A stretch of 35,643 nucleotides of DNA from Candidatus Hadarchaeota archaeon (GTDB lineage Archaea; Hadarchaeota; Hadarchaeia; Hadarchaeales; Hadarchaeaceae): the NCBI GenBank assembly GCA_040755315.1, contig JBFMBF010000003.1:1-35643 (forward strand), read 5' to 3'. The position numbers and the translations under genes were made by a program. Under the pieces are notes generated by a model. It was given only the letters and a program-made list of their open reading frames with translations, did not search any database and had not been told where the DNA came from. Positions 1 through 10,451 of the stretch are shown piece after piece; position 1 is the stretch's first letter, and every line of letters begins with the position of its first letter.

Positions 1-2
1 AT

Positions 3-512
3 CCGGGGACGATGGTGCCGACTTTGGCAAGATGCATGGTCAACCTGGCCAGGACCCCGAGAAAAGGAATCTTCCTTGACCCCTTCTGCGGCGTCGGAGG
101 CATCCTGCTGGAAGCCGGACTTATCGGGGCGAAGCTCATAGGGGTTGACATCGAGAGGGAGCTTGTGGAAGGCGCGAGAAAGAACCTGGCTGAGAGCGGG
201 CTGTCGGACTTCCAGCTTATGGTAGGTGACGCCAGGAAGCTGCCTCCTCTGGAAGCCGACGCCATAGCGACCGACCCTCCCTACGGAAGGCAGACCACCA
301 CAGGTGGCACTGAACTCGAAGAACTTTACAAAGAAGCATTGCCGTCGATGGCTGGGGTGCTGAAGAAAAAAGCGTATGTCTGCATCACGTCGCCGGCCGA
401 GCTTGAGCTGGAGGACATAGCTTCCGGCGCCGGACTGCGGATGATTGAAAAACATGACCAACGGGTGCACAGAAGCCTGACCAGACGCATTTATGTTTTT
501 AGGAGGAAGTGA
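3..512 (+). CDS. tRNA (guanine-10-N2)-methyltransferase, Trm11/TrmG10-like (5'-partial)
   Basis: SAM motif LDPFCGVGG, catalytic TDPPYGR and C-terminal RVHRSLTR. The frame is open to the window edge, so the N-terminal THUMP domain presumably lies upstream. Confidence 0.85.
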   Translation, partial: PGTMVPTLARCMVNLARTPRKGIFLDPFCGVGGILLEAGLIGAKLIGVDIERELVEGARKNLAESGLSDFQLMVGDARKLPPLEADAIATDPPYGRQTTTGGTELEELYKEALPSMAGVLKKKAYVCITSPAELELEDIASGAGLRMIEKHDQRVHRSLTRRIYVFRRK

Positions 513-1424
513 ATGAAGCTCATTTTCTTGGGGACCACAGGCAGCATCCCCACGGCGGAGCGGGGGCTTCCAGCAATCGCCGTCCAGCTGGATAAAGAGC
601 TGCTACTGTTTGATTGTGGCGAAGGAACCCAAAGACAGATGGCCGTCGCACACGTCAGCCCACAAAAGCTCGATTCAATATTCATAACCCACATGCACGG
701 GGACCACTTCCTAGGCCTTGCCGGGCTGGTCCAGACTCTGTCGCTTCTTGACCGGACGCGGCCGCTGGAGGTCTACTGCCCGGCCGGTGAAAAGGAGCGG
801 CTTGAGAGGTACCTACAAGTTCCACGCTACACCCTTACTTTTGAAGTCAAAATCCGCGAACTCGAGCCTGGCGATGAACTGAGAAGAAATGGATACAGGA
901 TACTGACTTGCGAAACCGACCACCCAGTGCCGGAGCTTGCATATGCTGTGGTTGAGGACGAAAGGCCAGGAAAACTGGACGCCGAAAAGGCTGCCAGGCT
1001 GGGCGTGAAGCCGGGCCCGCTCTTGTCAAACCTCAAGGGAGGGAATCCAGTCAAGCTACCGAACGGAAGGATTGTGAAGCCTGAAGAAGTCGTCGGCCCG
1101 CCACGGCCCGGTAGGAAAATCGTTTACAGTGGGGACACCCGGCCGAGCGAGATAATAGTTGAGTTTGCGAAAGGCGCAGATGTTTTGATTCATGAAGCTA
1201 CCTTGGCGGACGACCTCGCGGAGAAGGCCGCCGAAAACTCCCACTCCACTCCAAGCGGAGCGGCGGAGATTGCGAGGCGTGCCGGGGTCAAGCAGCTTGT
1301 CCTGTTACACGTGAGTCCCCGCTACAGGGATGACTCGGTTCTTCTGGAACAGGCAAAAAGAATTTTTCCTAACACAATTGTGGCCAAAGACTTTATGGAA
1401 GTGGAAGTCCAGTTCTCGGAATAG
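513..1424 (+). CDS. rnz: ribonuclease Z
   Basis: LGT..P.ER start, DCGEGTQ, HMHGDH metallo-beta-lactamase motif, GP-rich flexible arm, YSGDT, HEAT, HSTP and HVSPRY. Confidence 0.96.
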   Translation: MKLIFLGTTGSIPTAERGLPAIAVQLDKELLLFDCGEGTQRQMAVAHVSPQKLDSIFITHMHGDHFLGLAGLVQTLSLLDRTRPLEVYCPAGEKERLERYLQVPRYTLTFEVKIRELEPGDELRRNGYRILTCETDHPVPELAYAVVEDERPGKLDAEKAARLGVKPGPLLSNLKGGNPVKLPNGRIVKPEEVVGPPRPGRKIVYSGDTRPSEIIVEFAKGADVLIHEATLADDLAEKAAENSHSTPSGAAEIARRAGVKQLVLLHVSPRYRDDSVLLEQAKRIFPNTIVAKDFMEVEVQFSE

Positions 1425-1425
1425 G

Positions 1426-1487
1426 GGGGCTCAGGCTGGAGGTTCCGTTCATCTAAACTCACGTAACCCTCTTCTCGTCATTGCCCC
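1426..1487 (-). ncRNA. box C/D methylation guide sRNA
   Basis: Minus strand reads GGGGC-A-ATGACGA(C)-GAAGAGGGTTAC-GTGA(D')-GTT-TAGATGA(C')-ACGGAACCTCCAGC-CTGA(D)-GCCCC. It has a 5-bp terminal stem, 12- and 14-nt guides, and an upstream CAAAG-TTTTTATT BRE/TATA-like element at about 1508-1520. Confidence 0.85.
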
Positions 1488-1528
1488 AATAAAGATGTTA
1501 TTACCTGAATAAAAACTTTGATTAACGC

Positions 1529-2911
1529 TCAATCACGAACTGCGAAGCCAACTGGTCTCCGGCTCCTGCTGGACTCGATGACCCGGATGGTATCGCTCCC
1601 TTCAAACTTCAGCGCGCCAACTTTGCCTGTCACAGCCAACTTTACATCTCCAGGTTTGAGCATCGCCTGTACCGCCGCGCGGTCGAACTTCACCATAAGA
1701 TCCGTCACGCCATCTCCATCTCGGTCGCCTATCTTGGTGGGCCGCGATTCCGCCCACACTGTATCGTTCAAAAGAATGCTGTCTACATCGATGTCGCGGA
1801 TGTTGTATCCCTCCGGCAACTCTATGTACACTGTAATCCACTTGCCCTTGCTTTTCAGGTTCAAAGTGTCAGGGTCGATGTCCACATTGGCCTGAAGCAC
1901 TTGCTCGGAAGGCGCGGAGTACCACAAGTCGTTCTTCAGAGAACAGCTGTTATACTCAAAGCCCCCGATTATCCACATCCTGTTGTCAAATATCACCGCG
2001 CTGTGGCCTTTCCTCAGCCCCCAACCGGCTTCCTCAGTCGCTTGAGTCCAGCCAACACCATCGGTAGAATACCAGACGTCCCTTCCCCCGTAAGCCCAGC
2101 TGCCTATCACCCACATCTTCCCGTCGAAGACAAGCGAGGGCTCGCCATATCTTATGCTCCAGGCCGCTTCTGCAGTGGCCTGGGTCCAGTTCACGCCATC
2201 GGCTGAATACCAAACATCGTTCTTCCACGCTCCAGCCCACCCGCCGAACATCCACATCTTCCCGTCGAAGGCCACCAGTCCAAAGCCTGACCTTTGGCCC
2301 CAGCCTGCGTTAGCCGTGGCCTGGGTCCAGTTCACGCCATCGGTAGAATACCAAACATCCCCGAGGGTGTATCCGTATGAGCCGTACTCTCCGCCAATCA
2401 CCCAGATTTTATCGTCAAAAACAACGGCACCAAAACCTACTCTCGGGCGCCACCCTGCATCCGCAACTTTGCTCCAGCTGGCTCCGTCTTCAGAATTCCA
2501 AACATCGTTGACCTCTCCCCCCGCAACATCGCCGGGTAGCCCACCCATCACCCAGATTTTGTTTTTGAAAACCAGCGCAGCGTGGCCCTGCCTTGCGCTC
2601 CACCCCGTAGCGGTCGTCGCCTGGGTCCAGTTGACTCCGTCGGCAGAGTGCCAGACATCGTTCCTGACTGGCATTGATCCATCATAGCCTCCAAGGATCC
2701 AGATTTTGTCTTTGAAGACTACCGAAGCGTGGCCACTCCTCCCTGTCCAACCCGCGTTCGCCGTCGCCCGAGTCCAATCCTTGCCTACCTCGCCTGCTGA
2801 AGGAGCCGCAGCCGTTGAAAAAAGCAAGATTGCAACAACAAATGAAACTAAACCTGCCTTGCCCAGCTCAACGCCGCGTGCCGTCACTCGCGGCTTTGTA
2901 AAGCACCTCAT
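1529..2911 (-). CDS. secreted six-bladed beta-propeller (Kelch-like repeats with Asp-box) plus C-terminal beta-rich domain
   Basis: N-terminal hydrophobic signal and six ~50-aa repeats (WTQAT..AGW..R.GH..VF..K.W..GG...NDVW.S.DG). The C-terminal domain has DIDPDTLNLKSKGKW and DRDGDG. ATG 2911 was chosen from the TATA at about 2935-2942. Confidence 0.8.
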   Translation of the reverse strand: MRCFTKPRVTARGVELGKAGLVSFVVAILLFSTAAAPSAGEVGKDWTRATANAGWTGRSGHASVVFKDKIWILGGYDGSMPVRNDVWHSADGVNWTQATTATGWSARQGHAALVFKNKIWVMGGLPGDVAGGEVNDVWNSEDGASWSKVADAGWRPRVGFGAVVFDDKIWVIGGEYGSYGYTLGDVWYSTDGVNWTQATANAGWGQRSGFGLVAFDGKMWMFGGWAGAWKNDVWYSADGVNWTQATAEAAWSIRYGEPSLVFDGKMWVIGSWAYGGRDVWYSTDGVGWTQATEEAGWGLRKGHSAVIFDNRMWIIGGFEYNSCSLKNDLWYSAPSEQVLQANVDIDPDTLNLKSKGKWITVYIELPEGYNIRDIDVDSILLNDTVWAESRPTKIGDRDGDGVTDLMVKFDRAAVQAMLKPGDVKLAVTGKVGALKFEGSDTIRVIESSRSRRPVGFAVRD

Positions 2912-2986
2912 ACAAATCAAATCATGGCGTCAAGATATTTAACTTTGGCGTCTCAGATTCCCCCAAACCTGACGCTGACACAGTGG

Positions 2987-5256
<2,270 letters not shown>

Positions 5257-5305
5257 TTTCTCGCCACTCGTTCGGTATAATTAATCTCCAGCACAGCTTT
5301 TAATT

Positions 5306-5695
5306 ATGAGGAAAAGTCTACTCCTGTGGCTCCTGCCTGTGGTGGATGTTTTCGCCATCGGCAGGATTCTGGCGGAATACCGGTCGCTTGGAGTGGAAGT
5401 GCCGTGGGAGCACGCGAAGGCTGGCCTAGTGGAGAGGTGGGCAGGATATCTGCCTTCTGGATTAATTATCGGGTGGTTTGCCGGGTTCTGGCAGTCTTTT
5501 CTGATCGTGCTTGGGCTCTTCGCCGTAGTCGGCCCAATTGAGTTTTACCTGATGTGCAGAGGAGTAAAACCATGGCGCTTTTTCCGTGGAAAAAACCGGA
5601 AATCAATTGCCAAAATATTTCTGTTGGAGGGCTACAACACTATTTCATACTACTTGCTCGGTGCAGCTCTGGCGGCGCTCGTTTTAAGTTTTTGA
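5306..5695 (+). CDS. hypothetical membrane protein
   Basis: 129 aa with 3-4 hydrophobic segments, filling the gap between flanking genes. Confidence 0.7.
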   Translation: MRKSLLLWLLPVVDVFAIGRILAEYRSLGVEVPWEHAKAGLVERWAGYLPSGLIIGWFAGFWQSFLIVLGLFAVVGPIEFYLMCRGVKPWRFFRGKNRKSIAKIFLLEGYNTISYYLLGAALAALVLSF

Positions 5696-5699
5696 CATT

Positions 5700-6119
5700 T
5701 TAACGTGCAAGAGAACCTAAAGTTATTTCTTGGATTGGTTTTCCTTCACGCGTGCGCGGCGCGAGGTAATCGATCAAGCGCTCGACGTCCTCCGCCTCCA
5801 GTGTGACGTCTATCGGGCCCAACGGCGACTCCCCCTCCGTGAAGCTGACCCTCCCAACGAATGCGGCTTGCTTGTTCAGCATGAACTTTACGGCGTTCCC
5901 ATCTTTCCCTTTAAGCATCATCGAGCGGGCCGTGTCAAGAATCGCCTGAAGCCTCAAGAGCTGATGAATTCGGGAAATGGCGGAAACATCCGTGGCTTCA
6001 CCGACTAGAAGTTTTTCTTCCTGCCGAAGTTCAAGAGTTGGAAAAATCCTTTTCACTGCCGCCTCAACTTTCTCTTTAACTTCTGTGGACCTTACCTCTG
6101 CCTCGACCCTTACTCTCAC
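5700..6119 (-). CDS. UPF0201/DUF54 RNA-binding protein
   Basis: V..EV..TE..EKV..AV..IFP, Q.ILDTAR, F.LNKQAAFVG and PLGPI motifs. GTG start after GAGGTGA. Conserved position after the UPF0200 kinase. Confidence 0.88.
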   Translation of the reverse strand: MRVRVEAEVRSTEVKEKVEAAVKRIFPTLELRQEEKLLVGEATDVSAISRIHQLLRLQAILDTARSMMLKGKDGNAVKFMLNKQAAFVGRVSFTEGESPLGPIDVTLEAEDVERLIDYLAPRTREGKPIQEITLGSLAR

Positions 6120-6675
6120 CCAACTCACCTCTGAAAAACTTGATAGCGCTCTTCCTGAGTTCCGCAAGAGTCCCCTCGTTTACAATCAAATAGTCGGCGA
6201 GCGCCATGGCCTCCCCGAGTCCCCAGCTTAGCTCCCGCCTGTCCTTTGCCCTGAAACTCTCAATTCCTCGAGCGTCGTCCTCCCTGACTCTAGAAGATAT
6301 TCTGGAATGCCTAGTGGTCTCCGTCGCCCAAACGGAAATCAAGCTGAAATCTTCTCCAAAAACCTTGCGGAATTCATCGACCTCGGCAATTCCCCGGATA
6401 CCGTCGACTAGAACGGCGCGCTTGCCTTTCCCTTTTTCATTGATCAGCGGGATGCAGCGCTTGGCTATAGCCCCCATTCCGTCCTGCGCCCTGAATTCAT
6501 TCGCGACTTCCGCCACGTTCTTTTCATTTATCTTCAAGCCGCGGCGTCTGATCTCTTGCCAAACCACATCTCCCATTCTGACACTAGGGGCATCGAACTC
6601 CGCCATGGCCTTGACCACTTCTGTCTTCCCAGAGCCCTGCAGCCCAACGAGGCCTACAACTTTCAGACTAATCAC
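6076..6675 (-). CDS. UPF0200 P-loop kinase (archaeal dephospho-CoA kinase-like)
   Basis: GLQGSGKT, MGDVV, DGIR...EV, D.REL.WG.G and ADY.IVNEGT motifs. Confidence 0.85.
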   Translation of the reverse strand: MISLKVVGLVGLQGSGKTEVVKAMAEFDAPSVRMGDVVWQEIRRRGLKINEKNVAEVANEFRAQDGMGAIAKRCIPLINEKGKGKRAVLVDGIRGIAEVDEFRKVFGEDFSLISVWATETTRHSRISSRVREDDARGIESFRAKDRRELSWGLGEAMALADYLIVNEGTLAELRKSAIKFFRGELGESKGRGRGKVHRS

Positions 6676-6905
6676 AATTCAACCACAATCAATGTGGTGG
6701 TGTTCGTGACCCCTGGGATTCCGCGGATGTCCCCAAAGACCGCCTTCGTCAGCTTCTCCAGAGAGTCCACTTCAATCCGCGCCACAATGTCGTATGGCCC
6801 CGCCACGGCCTCTGCAGATCTCACGCCTTCCAACGCCCTGAGCCTCTTGAAAACCTCCGTGGTCTTCCCGGGCTCTGCAGAAATCAGGCTGTATGCTTTC
6901 ACCAT
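6672..6905 (-). CDS. stand-alone Lrp/AsnC ligand-binding (RAM) domain protein
   Basis: 77 aa: KAYSLI..EPG, V.GPYDIVA, IR.IPGV..T.T. No HTH. Confidence 0.9.
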   Translation of the reverse strand: MVKAYSLISAEPGKTTEVFKRLRALEGVRSAEAVAGPYDIVARIEVDSLEKLTKAVFGDIRGIPGVTNTTTLIVVEL

Positions 6906-6977
6906 ATGTTCACCTGATGAAATCTTGGCGTCTGCATTTATAAAACCGTCGCAGGCGGCGAATGTTCGCCGTGAAAG

Positions 6978-8333
6978 CTATTTCAAGAACCTGCGGACGC
7001 CTTCAAGGGCCACACTTTTCAGCTGCTCCAGCTGCTCCACGCTCCTAGCCTCGACCACGACTCTGGCCTTCGGCTCAGTCCCAGAAACCCTAGCTAGAAC
7101 CCAGCTCCCGTCGTTTCTGTTGATTCTAATGCCGTCAACTTCCAAAACGTCTCTTACATCTCTAACTTTTTCCATTATGTGCTGCCGCATGCCCTGCATG
7201 AACCCCACCTTCTTATCATCCGGGCAAGAGAAGTCCTGGTGGAACATGGGGTAGTCGGGCACCTTTTCTACTAACACCTCCGAGAACTTCCTACCATCCG
7301 AAGAAAGCATTTCGACCAGCTTTGCCGCAGCCAAGACTCCGTCCGCCCACGGCCCAAACTCCAAAAACACCAGCTTCCCCGGCTCCCCGGCAAAACATGC
7401 CTTGTGCTCAAGCATCACCTCCGTGAAGCGCCCGAGCCCGGTCCTGACCGTCCGCCCACCAGCCCTCGCCACGACCTCCTCTATCGCCACTGAAGTGTTA
7501 ACGCTGGTGACCACGGTGCCTCCGCGATTCTTCCTGACCGCGAGTTCCGCAAAAAGCGCTATCAAGGCGTCGTGCTTCACGAACTTCCCACGCTCATCCA
7601 CAGCCGCCGCCCTGTCGGCGTCGCCGTCGTGAGCCAGCCCAAGGTCGGCACCTACTTCCTTTACCACGCTCATGAGATCCCCTAGGTTCCATGGCTGCGG
7701 CTCGGAGGGGCGCCCCGGGAAGTGGCCGTCAAAGTGAGAGTTCAATGTCACGACCTTGCAACCAAGCTCCCGAAGAATCATCGGAGTGATAGGAGATGCG
7801 GCGCCGTTCGAGCAGTCCACCACCACTTTCAGCTGGCGGCCCACCTTAACCTGATTTTTTATCGCTTTCATGTAAGAAGCTCTCGCATCATGCTGGATGC
7901 ACTCCCCAAGCGAATCCCAAGCGGCCTTTTTGGGCTCTCTGTCCAGCACAACCTCCTCGAGCGCCAGCTCATCCTCTGGAAGGAACTCCGTCCCGTCCCC
8001 GTGGTAGAAAACAATGCCGTTGTCCTGGGGGGGGTTGTGGGAAGCTGTAATCATGGCCCCAGCCGATGCACCGAGTGCTCTTGTCGTGAAGGCAACACAA
8101 GGTGAAGGTACTATCCCTGCCTCAACAACATCTGAACCGCCTGAGAGCAGCCCCGAAACAAGGGCCTTTAAAAGCATCTCTCCGGAAGTCCTAGCGTCCC
8201 TCCCCACAACCACCTTCCCGCCCTCGACATGCTCGGCGCATGCCATGCCAAGCTTCAACATGAACTCCGGAGTCACCTTTGTCGCTATCGGGCCACGGAC
8301 TCCGCGGGTGCCGAAGAGCCTCTTCTTCATCAT
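6978..8333 (-). CDS. alpha-D-phosphohexomutase family enzyme, probably phosphopentomutase-like
   Basis: FGT.G.RG, TASHNP (phosphoserine), DGDADR and SGTEP motifs. The sugar-binding loop FAGEPGKLVFLEFGPW is atypical for GlmM/PMM. Confidence 0.85.
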   Translation of the reverse strand: MMKKRLFGTRGVRGPIATKVTPEFMLKLGMACAEHVEGGKVVVGRDARTSGEMLLKALVSGLLSGGSDVVEAGIVPSPCVAFTTRALGASAGAMITASHNPPQDNGIVFYHGDGTEFLPEDELALEEVVLDREPKKAAWDSLGECIQHDARASYMKAIKNQVKVGRQLKVVVDCSNGAASPITPMILRELGCKVVTLNSHFDGHFPGRPSEPQPWNLGDLMSVVKEVGADLGLAHDGDADRAAAVDERGKFVKHDALIALFAELAVRKNRGGTVVTSVNTSVAIEEVVARAGGRTVRTGLGRFTEVMLEHKACFAGEPGKLVFLEFGPWADGVLAAAKLVEMLSSDGRKFSEVLVEKVPDYPMFHQDFSCPDDKKVGFMQGMRQHIMEKVRDVRDVLEVDGIRINRNDGSWVLARVSGTEPKARVVVEARSVEQLEQLKSVALEGVRRFLK

Positions 8334-10171
8334 CTTCCTCCTAAGAACCCATTTATCCCCAGCTCTTTCAGCTTTTCTGGCTTTGGTCTGCCGTTCTCAT
8401 CCCATCCTCTTATCTTGTAATACTCGCCGAGCATTTTTCCCAGCTCTTCTTTCGGGAGTCTTTTATCAAGCCCCGGCAACCTCTCCTCAAAAATCCGCTG
8501 TGGGAGCGTGTCGTCCTTTCTGGAAATGCCGTCCCGAACCGCGAGTATCCTCTCCAGGCTGTATATCCTTTCTCCGACCATCTTCAACTCCTCAGTTGTG
8601 AAGCTCCAGCCAACCACGTACTGCAGTATTCTTCTCATCTCCTCAATCCCAATCGCCCTGCTGCCGAAGACGCAGACGCCGGTAGAGTCTATCAGCGCGC
8701 GAGTGTTCTGGAGATCAAATACCAGCTGGGCCTTCCCTTCCGTCGAAAACCTGTCATACTTAGGCGAGAAGACCTCGGAAGCCATGGTCCAAGCCTTCAG
8801 GTGGCATCCACCGCGACAGGAGGTGGCGTAAGCCAGACCCATGCCCCAAGCTCCTCTAGGGTCGTAAGCCGGGAGCTCCATCCCTTTCACATGCATGGCA
8901 AAACTTTCGGAGCCGCGGCCGATTTTTTTGGCTACAGCCCTTACGCCTTCCGCCAGCATGCCGCCTACCCCCTCTCTGAAAGCTATTTTCCGCAATACGG
9001 GCAACAGCACCTCGTGGTTTCCAAACTTTAGGTCCAAACCATCGACATCACCATCTTTCAGCAGCCCCCGCTCGCGACATTCCATGGCGAAGCCTATGAC
9101 GTTGCCGGCTGAAATGGTGTCCATCCCGTAGAGGTCACACAAAAGATTCGCGGCGGCTATGGCATCGAGCCTGTCCACGCCACACTGGGGGCCAAAAGAC
9201 CATATTGTCTCGTACTCTGGGCCGTCCACCACCGTCCCAGCGTGTGGCCCATCTGCAACCATGCTGTACTTGCCGCATGCAATCGTGCAGGCGTGGCACG
9301 CTGTATCTCGTTTGACCAAGTTCTTTCTTATCTTCTCCGCCTCCAGCTTTGGCGCACCTTCGAAAGCGCCCTCCCTGAAATTTCTGGTTGGCCACATTCC
9401 GGACTCATTTACTGGCGCAACGAACTGAGGAGTGCCCCATTTGGAAAAATTTTGGACCTGCACATTCGTCTTCATTTGCTCGCGCAGCGCTTTCAACAGG
9501 CTGTGGAACCCTTCCTCATCTGCAACTTCAATTTTTTCATGACCCCTCGCGGAGATCACCTTAAGATTCTTTGACCCCATGACGGCTCCTGTTCCGCCCC
9601 TGCCAAATGAACTTCCACGCGCCCCGTAAGTGACGTCAATCTGGACTGACGCGAATTTTACCAGGTTTTCTCCCGCCTGCCCTATAGAGGCCATGCAAAC
9701 GAGGCGGTCGCCAAGCTCCTTCCTGATCTCAGCTTCCGTTTCGTTGACGTCCTTGCCCCAGATGCCTTCCGCCTCTAGAATTTCAGCGCCTCCGTCAGAA
9801 ATGTGCAGCCAACTGGGCTTTTCGGCTTTTCCACGGATGATGAGCGCGTCGAAGCCAGCGAACTTGATCTCAGAACCAAGATGGCTGCTGCCGCAAGAGC
9901 AGAGGTACGTCCCGGTGAGCGGAGACTTTGTCACCAACTCCCAGCGGGCGCAGGCCGGGAGAAGGGTGCCCGTGGCTGGCCCGGCACAGAACACAAGCAC
10001 ATTTTCGGGCGACAGAGGAGAAACACCTGCTGGCAGTGTTTGGCATAGTAGGGCTGCCCCCAGCCCCCTGCCGCCCAGAAAGGCGTGGGCCAGCTTCTCT
10101 GGGGTTTCCTCAATCTTGACCGACCCTTTTGAAAGGTCAACATCTAATATTTTTCCTGCGTACCCGAACAT
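8330..10171 (-). CDS. aor: tungsten-dependent aldehyde:ferredoxin oxidoreductase family protein
   Basis: GYAGKIL.VDL, KSPLTG, GRGG.GAVMGSKNLK, C..C...C, GPEYET, G.DTIS.G, VKG.E...YDPR, RGGCH and YY..RGW motifs. Confidence 0.95.
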   Translation of the reverse strand: MFGYAGKILDVDLSKGSVKIEETPEKLAHAFLGGRGLGAALLCQTLPAGVSPLSPENVLVFCAGPATGTLLPACARWELVTKSPLTGTYLCSCGSSHLGSEIKFAGFDALIIRGKAEKPSWLHISDGGAEILEAEGIWGKDVNETEAEIRKELGDRLVCMASIGQAGENLVKFASVQIDVTYGARGSSFGRGGTGAVMGSKNLKVISARGHEKIEVADEEGFHSLLKALREQMKTNVQVQNFSKWGTPQFVAPVNESGMWPTRNFREGAFEGAPKLEAEKIRKNLVKRDTACHACTIACGKYSMVADGPHAGTVVDGPEYETIWSFGPQCGVDRLDAIAAANLLCDLYGMDTISAGNVIGFAMECRERGLLKDGDVDGLDLKFGNHEVLLPVLRKIAFREGVGGMLAEGVRAVAKKIGRGSESFAMHVKGMELPAYDPRGAWGMGLAYATSCRGGCHLKAWTMASEVFSPKYDRFSTEGKAQLVFDLQNTRALIDSTGVCVFGSRAIGIEEMRRILQYVVGWSFTTEELKMVGERIYSLERILAVRDGISRKDDTLPQRIFEERLPGLDKRLPKEELGKMLGEYYKIRGWDENGRPKPEKLKELGINGFLGGR

Positions 10172-10196
10172 GAGCTTCGCTAAAAGTGCTGTGGGG

Positions 10197-10304
10197 ATGT
10201 TTAAAAACCCGGCGCAGGTGCTGGTGCCGTTCGTCCTCTTCGGGGCTCTGACGGTCGTGTTCGTGGCTCTTGCCGTGAAAGCAACGAAGTGGAAAGAATT
10301 GTGA
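10197..10304 (+). other. 35-aa single-TM ORF, possible gene remnant
   Basis: MFKNPAQVLVPFVLFGALTVVFVALAVKATKWKEL lies between the aor promoter and the tRNA 3' end. Confidence 0.35.
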
Positions 10305-10306
10305 GG

Positions 10307-10423
10307 TGGGCCCGGAGGGATTCGAACCCTCGACCGCCCGGTTATGAGCTTCGTCCAGTTTCAGCTGTCGGACGCTCTAACCTAGCTGAGCTTCCCGGCA
10401 AGCAATGGCCTGCATACGGGCCC
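10307..10423 (-). tRNA. tRNA-Ile(CAU) with two introns (9/10: 10392-10414; 30/31: 10350-10368)
   Basis: The spliced sequence GGGCCCG TA GCTC AGCTAGGTTA GAGC G TCCGG CT CAT AA CCGGG CGGTC GAGGG TTCGAAT CCCTC CGGGCCC A forms a full cloverleaf. Both introns lie in BHB motifs. The GGGCCCG acceptor and A73 favour Ile2 over Met. Confidence 0.9.
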
Positions 10424-10451
10424 TCGGGCCCGCTTGTTCATGTACTGCCGC

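Noticed and set aside
2000..2780. Recurring ~15-25 bp DNA repeats as a CRISPR array
   Set aside because: They are degenerate, spaced about 140-300 bp apart and in frame within the propeller gene. No cas genes are present.
2925..2978. TGGCGTC repeats flanking the TATA of the propeller gene, and CTGACGCTGA recurring at 24721
   Set aside because: Too short to distinguish from chance without a genome-wide motif analysis.
10307..10423. tRNA-Met, tRNA pseudogene, or alternative intron boundaries (8/9, 31/32)
   Set aside because: The acceptor sequence matches the archaeal Ile(CAU) type. Only 9/10 and 30/31 give both correct BHB cut geometry and a fully paired cloverleaf.
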